In this document: positions 55,138 to 64,000 of the stretch, piece by piece | How positions within the stretch are numbered: the stretch's first letter is position 1 | Layout of the letters: each line of letters starts with the position of its first letter | Source of the DNA: Psilocybe cubensis | Lineage: Eukaryota | Reading direction: 5' to 3' | NCBI GenBank assembly: GCA_017499595.2 | Contig: CM039008.1 | Coordinates: 372,001-436,000 of the forward strand | Length of the DNA: 64,000 bases | Notes under the pieces: model-generated | Told to the model about the DNA's origin: nothing | Databases searched by the model: none | Seen by the model: the letters and a program-made list of their open reading frames with translations, nothing else | Position numbers and translations under genes: made by a program

Positions 55138-55375
55138 ACCTACTCAGGGAAGTCTTCAACCGAATGAATTGCCACAATCAAGCATTCATTGCTTTGGGAA
55201 TTGATTTAGTTCGCGCCACGTCGCCTCGAATTCACTGAAGTTGGCAAGAAGTTGGAAAACATTTTGAATTGTGGTATTTTACAAGATATCGTACAAATTT
55301 CAACTTCAGTATTCTGTTGTAACACTGTAGCCCAACAAGCAGCATGTCGTGTGTAGGAGAGTGAAAAGTGCAAGC

Positions 55376-57485
55376 CTATGAGAGACGGTAACCGAGATTG
55401 ACATGCACAGCCTTGACGTTGGTGTAGCTAAAGAAAATGGTAAGTGCACTGGTTCAAGCAGTATCACGAGAAGTGGGGTGATGCATACTTGGTGAGGGCA
55501 TACTCTCCTAACTCGCGCCCAATACCGGATTGTTTGTATCCTCCGAACGGTACTTGAGGGTGCAGTTGGTTCGCACAGTTGATCTACACCACGGTATAAG
55601 GAGGTCATTATACATGAAATAATGCAATACATACCCATGCAGTTCCAGCTTGCAGCTTGTGCGCTGTCTCGATGGCGCGGTTGATATTTTGAGTGAAGAC
55701 AGCGGAGGCAAGTCCATAGACAGTATCGTTGGCTTGACGAATGACATCTGTTTTCGAGAACAATATGAATAAACAGAGCAATATCACGTATTTTTATGCT
55801 CACCTTCTTCATCCTCAAACTTGATTATAACTCCGACGGGTCCAAAGATCTCCTCCTGCACAATTTTCATGTCTGGCTTGGTATCGGTGAAGATAGTTGG
55901 GTTGATGAAGTAGCCTTCTGTTCCGTGTCTGTCACCTCCTAGGTGGACAGTCGCACCTTGCTCTTTTCCAGAGTTGATGTACCCCATGATACGCTGCCAA
56001 TAAAGGCGTAAGCAGGAGAAACAAATTGGTTTCAACTGAACGTACATCATATTGGATCTCGGAGACTTGAGGACCTTGGTTAATACCGACGCCGAAAGGA
56101 TCGCCAACTTTAATGGCCTTGGCTCGCTCGGTGAATCCTTTCAAGAAGGCATCGTAGATACCAGCTTGTACGAAGATGCGGGATCCTGCACAGCATGCCT
56201 GACCATGATTCCAGCTGATGCTAATTCAGTAATCCATCGTTGATAAGCAGAAGGGTGAAAAAACGCACAAGATGCCGTGGACAGACCAGTTGATGGCCTG
56301 CTCAAGATCCGCATCGTCGAAGATGATGTTTGGACTTTTACCTCCCAATTCGAGAGTGACGGTCTTCAAATTAGATTTGGCAGCCGCTTCCATGATCTTT
56401 CGGCCAACAAGAGTACTTCCAGTGAAGGCAACCTTGTCGATCTTCATGTGAGAAGAAATAGCGGCACCAACAGTGTTACCATATCCGTTGACGATGTTGA
56501 CAACACCATCGGGGATTCCAACCTCCTTGATAAGTTCGCACATTCGCAAGGCGGTGAGGGGAGTGAACTCAGACGGTTTGAGAACGATGGTGTTTCCAGT
56601 AGCCAGAGCAGGGGCGATCTTCCAAGAGAGCATCAACACTGTTGATACTTTTAGTACGAAAATTAAATAGGTATTTCTGCAGCTTACAAGGGAAGTTCCC
56701 TATGTGAGAGAGCGATCATAAGTAAAAAATTCTACTGGTGTAGGTCTAGGGATAAGACTCACAAGGAATAATCTGGCCAACGACGCCAATAGGCTCATGC
56801 CGGGTGTAGCTCAATTTACGCTCGTCGGTCTAATGGATTATTAGAGTATATCGAAGTGCAGTGTCGTAATTGCACACCTCAATTGTTTGCCCTTGGATTT
56901 TGTCTGCCCAACCAGCGAAATATTTGAACACGTTGATAGCGAATGCGACATCAGTACCCAACGCCCAGTCATATGTCTTTCCTATAAAAATAAGAGAATG
57001 AAGTTACATCCAACCATACAGATTTAGGACTTAGACTGACCATTATCAAGGGCCTCGATGGCAGCCAGCTCCTCTTTGACGCCCTCCATTGCTTGCGCGA
57101 GTTTCCATAACAACTCCGATCTCTTCATACCAGAAGCTTTCAGACCCCAGACGGTATCGAAAGCCTTCTGTGCGACTTCAACTGCGGTGTCGACATCTTT
57201 CTCGGTGCCCTCAGCGATCTTGGTGATGACCTGACCGGTGGCTGCGACATACGTGGGTCAGAGGCAAGAAAGCGTGAGAAATAAGTGGTTGGGTTTACCG
57301 GGGTTGACGACGCTGATAAGATACAGATTAGATGACGAAAATCGGATAAAATGTTTAAAAACATACTCAATAGTTCCTCCACTGGAGCCGTCAACGAACT
57401 TGCCGCCGATGAACAGACCAGTACTGAACGAGGTCTTTCCTTTGTATTTAGGGGTATCCCATTGGTATGTGAATGTAGTAGACAT
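55376..57485 (-). CDS. Aldehyde dehydrogenase (paralog of 42847-45207)
   Basis: [12 protein letters not shown]...[84 protein letters not shown]. Confidence 0.93.
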
Positions 57486-59105
57486 CGTTATCAGTGGCAA
57501 GGGAAGAAAAGATGGAGTTTGAGGGTCCCAAAGTGAATGTAGCTCCTTTATAGCCCCAAATCCATCAGTCTGGTGTGAAGATTCACATACGTACGGGTAT
57601 GCGGGATTGTGTGTAGTCACCTGGACGCCTCGCACGGACGGGACAAGACTTTACTTCCGAGACTCGCCAAATATATCCACTACGTACCCCGCTTTGAACA
57701 AGGTGACTGCTATCTAGAGCTTGTCAAATGCAAATGATTGAAAAGAAGGAAGAGTACTCAGAACCCTTTCTGAGATTTCATTGAATAATCATGAGATGTG
57801 TATATATGGGTTTGAAATAGGCCGCATTTCTAGTTCAGCTTTTCAGCACTCAGAAACTGCAAGAATATTTGCAGAATATCCAGAACGTAGTGTGCATCAT
57901 ATATAGCCGCGAAAAGCTAAAGGCAATCAGAAAAGATTGTGATGGACAGTAATGCTTCGATCAGTATACTAAAGATAAGTTCAAAATGAAGAGACTTTGA
58001 CGTGGTACTTCTAGAATAAGCTGAGCGTTTACCTTTCCATGTTATAATTACTTGCATCAATACACTCCTATTTCTTTGCGATGAAAGGTTTCAAGAGGTT
58101 TCATTACAGCGTGGCTCTATTTGCAATTTGCTCTCCATTCTTCGTTACAACGGGCCCAGACACCGGATACATGTTATTCCTTTCCCCACATTAATTACTC
58201 GCCAAGGTATCTACCCCGCCTTCCCCGCAACCCCAGACTTTCCACAATAAAGACGGAAGGAAAAGGAGCAGCAAGGAAGCCAACGGCAAGTTGGAGGATG
58301 ACCGTCTATCGTCTGTGGCGCAGTTCAATCGGCGACGTTGGAATATTCTGGAACTCCTTTTCTGCGTCTAGACTTAAATATAGCTCCGAGTAGTTCTCTT
58401 CACTATCGTTGACGAATGCGATAGCATGGACATGGGAAACAGAGTTCATGTGAAATCCTCTTCGGCGGTTGTCTCGATGGCCGACGTGGTTATTCATCAC
58501 TGACAAGGATCGCAACATGGATTACTGCCCACGCCTTGTAGACTTTACTTTAATAAAGTCGGATTTGCGGGCCAGACTATTAATGGAATGTTTATCAGAC
58601 AGTAGTATCAGCTCTGTCTTCCAGCATACACATGAGCCGGAGGAAGTTCTGGGTAAGCTTGATCGCGAATCAGGGGGATCAAAGGGGGAGTAGAAACTAT
58701 GAGATGGAAGACGACAAGTATAAAACCATCCTCTGAGTGTGAAGTGTGAAGGAGCGTAGTTACTCGTTGGATGCATGTTCCTGGGAGTGGACCCTCGGGG
58801 AGGTCAAATAATCCAACTTGAAGAGTTGTTACATATCCAACTTGAAGAATTATTACATGAAAGATTTTGGGAAAGTACAGAATCTTCCGATGTCGGGCAG
58901 AAGGATCATGTCCTCAATGGTAAATGACAAAATGCTTGGCCACTCCTTGAGGCTCTCCAGCAGTGGTTGGCCCCTTACAAAATGATCGACCGTATCACTA
59001 GAATTTGATTGGCGCTCAATTGGCGCCGGGATAGGGAGTCTAGGCACCGCGAGCAGCCGCGAGCTCGGAAATGCGAGGATCTGCCTCTCTCGTTGTGTTC
59101 CGATA

Positions 59106-59771
59106 TTACATTCCCAGACGGGTATCTAATTCCCCAATGTCCTCATTCCAGTCCTGTGGGGTGTTGAGATATCGGAAATAGAGTCAACCCCCTGTGTAAT
59201 ACGAAAACATACCTGTGGTTTCTCGATAATGAACTTTTCCATTAAATCCTTACAATCCTGTCTGTCTTTGACGATAACCTCAACTCCGTTTTCAATCAGT
59301 AATGATTCGCCTCCCATAAATGTCTTGTTCTCCCCAATCACGACTCGCGGTATCTTGAAAAGAAGTATTGCTCCTGTGCACATACTGCAAGGACTAGAAA
59401 CGATTCAAGTTTCCGGAAAGCGACAAGAAGAGCGATGGTCACCTCAGGGTAGTATACTTTACATCCGTTAAAATGGTTGCTTAAAGGTTAAATGTTGTTG
59501 AAGAGCTCACAATGGTTGCCGCTCTATACACCTCTGCTCGCAGTCTCCCAGCATTCTCCACAGCTGATATCTCTCCATGCAATGTTGCAGACGATTTTTG
59601 TACTCGTTCGTTATGGCCCGACCCAAGCACCCTGTATCCTGCTGCTTCTGAAGCATCAGGTACTAGGATAGATGACCCAATCGGAATCCCCCCTTCTTCG
59701 TAGCTTTTCTGGGCTTCTTCCAGAGCAATTTGCATTCCATGCGCATCTATCTTTTCCCACTGTGACGGCAT
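59106..59771 (-). CDS. FCY1: Cytosine deaminase (zinc-dependent CDA fold)
   Basis: EGGIPIG, GHNERVQ, ATLHGEISAVENAG (HxE), SPCSMCTGAI (PCxxC), VVIGEN, WNEDIGE. Confidence 0.9.
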
Positions 59772-60682
59772 GGTCAACCTACAGAACTTAACATAGACCC
59801 TTTATCCGTCATAATATAGCCCTCACTCACCTCTCGAAAGGGTGCGAACCTTTTTTTCTAATCTGATCGTGCGTCGAGTGTTTTGAATACACCTGCCGAA
59901 GACCCGTTAATTTTGGAGCGGAGACTAATATAATAAATCAGCCGCTCAGCCGAGGCTGGCGGAACTTCAAGAATTGAAGAGATATAAGCGGACTTCAAAA
60001 TGGAATATCATGTGACAATTAAATCAATCTCCTGTTGTCAACGTTCAACCACAACGTCGACTCTCGTCGACTGTGGTCTGCAGTTTAAACTCTTTCTTGT
60101 TTCATAATATCTACCTCTGAAGCCATCGTATGCTGCAGTATTGGAGCGCTATCGATAATATATGTCAAGTTGTACAGCAAATTACCATCGCACACTAGAC
60201 AATATCAAGTACAGTAGATAGCTGTTCTCCGCCGAAACACTTGCTGAAGTTGCTGCGCGGCTGGCTGGTTTCGCCAGAGGGCTATCCAGGAGCTATCAAT
60301 ATTGCGAGCTTTGGACGCTTTCAAAACCTGTATATTATACCATAGCTTCCTCGATTATTTGATGCTGGTGAGCACTCAACAAATGGCGCTCACTGTGTTG
60401 ATATTGCTCATCTGTCAATCTTTGAATCACAAGATAAATATAAACGGCCACCACTGTATCCAGCAACGAAACAGGCTTTTGACATAACCGCGCGCATGCG
60501 CCAAATTCGGACAGACGAAAAGGCCCTTCCCGACGACGAATTTACTGCATTCAATGATTTAAATAACGCCTACACCGTACAGCTGTGATTTGCCCCCAGT
60601 TCGTTCTTTTCTCTTTCTTTTTCGTTCTTTTGTTCTCCTTCTTTGACCCTGGCTGGTCCCTTACTTTCATTTATTTTTTGAT

Positions 60683-63498
60683 ATGCTATCTGTTTCCTTC
60701 GTTTTGATCTCGCTCCTAGCAGGTGCTTTTGCTGATAATGATTGGTCAAAACCTTGCTTCTCAGGGGTATGTCAATACGGTAAGTTTCTCTTTTGCATTT
60801 GGTGTTTGACATGACGCTCAGTTGGTTTAGATTTGCCTGCAACAAATGGTTCGGCATCTGGGACATTGAAAATCGTATGTATACGTCGTGCAAAGGTGCT
60901 TTTGTATCTTGACACTTGTACAGTGGGGTTCTGCGACCGCCATTTCCGATATCACGACAGCAGCTGGATGGGATATTTTGGACTGCTCCAGCAGCTCATT
61001 GAAGCAAGATATTCGACTCGTCTGCAGTGGAAACTCAACGGATTGCGCTCATTTGTACAGTGGCACGGGAAACAACAAGAATGCAGTAGGAAAGCTCGTC
61101 CGCCTACCTGAAAATGTGAGCCCCAAATCTACTTTTATGATGCATTACATTTCTTACTCATTCAAAGTGCGGTAAAAGCGCATTCGCAGTTGTTACCAAT
61201 GCATACGTTTCACAAGATCAATCAATACCATCTTCGCTTTCCCGTCGTGATGGGAAGAAACCGACTGTGCAGGGTCTCAGCATCGACACCAGTTTTGCGT
61301 CTGCTGGCACACCGCGAGTAGCCCCCTCTATTTTTGGTGTTCCGATGCTGACTTGTGTTTTAATCTCATAGTGCATCTGGGCCAGTGAACTTTGCTATCC
61401 GAGCGGCTAACGTCCCGGGGGCCAACGGTGATCTTGCCATCAATCCTCAACAACAGAGGAGAAGCAACAGCCGCATCTTTGGACGCGGTGCAGTTTCTGA
61501 TTTTGTGACCGGTGCTGTGAACGGTACGCATAATTTGCTTTACCGGACTAATGATTGAAAATTTTGTCATAGATATTTCATCTCTCAACGACTTTAATGT
61601 CGACAAAAGCACGACCCTAAGTCCTGTCGATGTGGACAAAACCTTCAACCTTTTGGACAAGAGCATTTCTTGCCCTCCAGTCGATGCTAGCGTTAAGGTC
61701 GACGCTGATACCAAGGCGCACGCTGTAGCATCCATTGGAGTTGCTGCCACTGGCACAATTCTCCCCCCGGAGGTAACATCCTTTTCCCTTATAGCAGGTG
61801 TGCTGAATTCTTGAATGAATGTATACTGCTGAAAACTAATAAAAGATGTATACCACAGGTCTAAATGCTGACTTAGACGGTACCATTGACTTGCAAGCCA
61901 CTGCCTCGGGGACTTTGGATTCTGGCAAAATCCAGCTTTTCGAAGTCGGCATTCCTGGCCTTGATTTCCCAGGGTATGTTGTGTCAACTTTTGAGTTCTG
62001 CACCCTGTGTCATTTACCGAATGGATGGCTATTCAATCAGTGTCTTGACTATTGGACCATCTTTTGTGATTAATGGCCAAGCAACTGCAACATTGGACCT
62101 GGACGTTGGGCTCACCGTTGGAATTAGCTATACCATTGATAATGCCCAGCTCACTTTCCCGCCAAACGGTCAGAAATCCTCAGGCGCGTTTAACATTGGG
62201 GATACTCGTAAGTCTCCGAGTCGTTTGTTGCTCGAGTTGCATTGTGAATTGTACCTAATATCTTCCTAAATGTTCCTAGCTTTGAAAATTACAGCAGGCG
62301 CAACGGGCAAGGCAACTGGGACCGTCGAAGCCCATCTCATTCCTACGCTCAACTTTGGCATTTCTGCCTTGGATGACACCGTCAGCGCTAATGTCTTTCT
62401 TGAGCTTGATGCCAGTGCAACCATGTCATTGACTGTACAGGCCGAGGCAAATGCTTCTGCCACTGTCAAGACTAGAAGTGAATTAATGTCCAAGGCTCAG
62501 TCTCGTCGTGGAAATTTCCTATTGAGCCCAGAATCTCTGAACGCCCGTAGACCGCAATCTGACGACAATGAAGATGATAGCGAAGCCGATTCCGGGTCCG
62601 AGGACAATTCATCCTCTATAGATGAGGATGAAGATAGTGCAGATGGTGATGTGGGCGATGATACGAGTGATGCTGACGCGGATAGCGATGCTGACATTGA
62701 TGCATCCAATGAAGACTCAGCAGACGCAAACGACAATTCTAGCTCCGCTGACGGTTCTGACTCTGTTGATGACAATGGCGATCCGAACCTCAATGATTCC
62801 ACTACAGAGGATTTCTCTGACCCTTCTAGTGTCGATACCGATACAAACAATGAAGACAATGGCGACAATACTTCAAACATAGGCAATGATACTGACGCTG
62901 ACGACACCGAAACGGAGGGCGAGACTGCTGTATCAGACAATGTCAATCCAGTATCGCCTACTAGTACTTCGGCCAACACAGATGATGCAGTCACCTCCAT
63001 TCCACCAAAATCCAGAGTGGCTTTGGCCAGTCCAAGTACTACGACATCTCTGGGCGGATGCTTCGATATCGAAGCTGCTCTGGACGTAAGCGCCGGAGCT
63101 GATGGAAGCTTCTTCGGGTTGTTTGATAAGAGTACTAAAGTGGACCTTTTCAACAAAAAATTCGAAATCTTGAAGGTCCGTATACCCCATCCTTGTTGGA
63201 ACCCTTTTTGATAAGTCGCATCTTTAGAAATGCTTCGGCTCTGGGGGGGATGCTGCACGCCGTGATTTGGCCAGCGTATCTGCTCTCCGTTCTCGCTCGG
63301 CCAGCCGCTTGTTCTTCTCACGTGACAACTTGGCTGTTAAGGCGCGCGACTCTGGTCTGACTTGCTCGCCTGTAGCAGACGCCCAACAGCAAGATATCGC
63401 TGATCAGACAGTAGCAGCTTCGGAGTACGTGCTTTGTTGATATTTTTATAAACACTCATGAACCTTCTTCCTAATAATATAGCATCAAACAGTTGTAG
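60683..63498 (+). CDS. Secreted beta-rich hypothetical protein of a basidiomycete family, with a long Asp/Ser-rich insertion
   Basis: Signal peptide MLSVSFVLISLLAGAFA; DNDWSKPCFSGVC, WGSATAISDITTAAGWDILDC, VRLPENCG, EVGIPGLDFPG; about 10 short introns. Confidence 0.8.
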
Positions 63499-63603
63499 AC
63501 TCGTTACCTCGAATGAAATAAAGCTGTTTTTCTCTCCTTTGCTATTCCCACCCGCTGGGTTGGTTTCAAATCTCGCTCATTTCTAATATTTCCTGATTTT
63601 GCA

Positions 63604-64000
63604 TTATGGTACATTGTGGAGTTCGTTTGGATCTAGTAGAATGCTCTCAGCATCGCCAATTACAGAATCCCATGAGTCAGGTATATCTCTAGCGGAAGGG
63701 AAATCGAGTGACGCATGCACGAAAGCGATTTGGCTTTCGAAGGGTGAGAGGGGACAACCGAATTCCTGTGACAAGAATCTCAGAGTCTCTTCATCTACTT
63801 GCTTGATTGTCTCCCAAATCTTTGAGAGAAAGTATTGTTTGCTATCTACGCATTCACATTCATTACTTCTCTGTATTGTTGACGCAGGTGGTGGACTCAC
63901 TGATTACGTTAAACATTGGAGCCAAAGGATGTACATTTTGCGATATGGCTTGATACAATGGTTTGATGATCTCGGGATGAATAATTTTTGGGTGAAGATC
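63604..64000 (-). CDS. 3' end of an unidentified gene extending beyond the window
   Basis: Open frame from the window edge to a stop at 63604 (...KIWETIKQVDEETLRFLSQEFGCPLSPFESQIAFVHASLDFP...). Confidence 0.5.

Noticed and set aside
58121-59047. Short ORFs between ALDH and FCY1, plus a 24-bp tandem duplication at ~58811-58858
   Set aside because: No recognisable motifs or consistent exon chain; the duplication is only two copies

Overview
Eukaryotic fungal DNA with short GT..AG introns and gene families typical of mushroom-forming Agaricomycetes. The window opens with UBP14, a peroxisomal dienoyl-CoA isomerase flanked by two diverged intronless orphan paralogs, a 347-bp MITE and a flavin monooxygenase. 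The dominant feature is an ~18.5-kb DNA transposon (~10392-28934) with an apparently intact CxC2/KDZ (Kyakuja-Dileera-Zisupton) transposase, four accessory genes (one with a Zn2Cys6 cluster), a GC-rich subterminal repeat array and long degenerate inverted ends. Its right end is split by ~3.7 kb of decayed, co-oriented host-gene fragments, including an intron-containing HSP60 pseudogene, i.e. Pack-type gene capture. Downstream are a small secreted protein, a CaMK-type kinase, a second FMO and a Zn2Cys6 factor. Next comes a symmetric block, ALDH > membrane protein > < methyltransferase-GT8 | GDP-mannose-3,5-epimerase-like-GT2-GT2 > membrane protein > < ALDH, whose nearly intronless central pair looks like a compact rare-sugar glycan pathway. 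The window ends with cytosine deaminase, a secreted acidic-insert protein and a partial gene. All calls come from reading motifs by eye; no searches were run, and exon boundaries are approximate.
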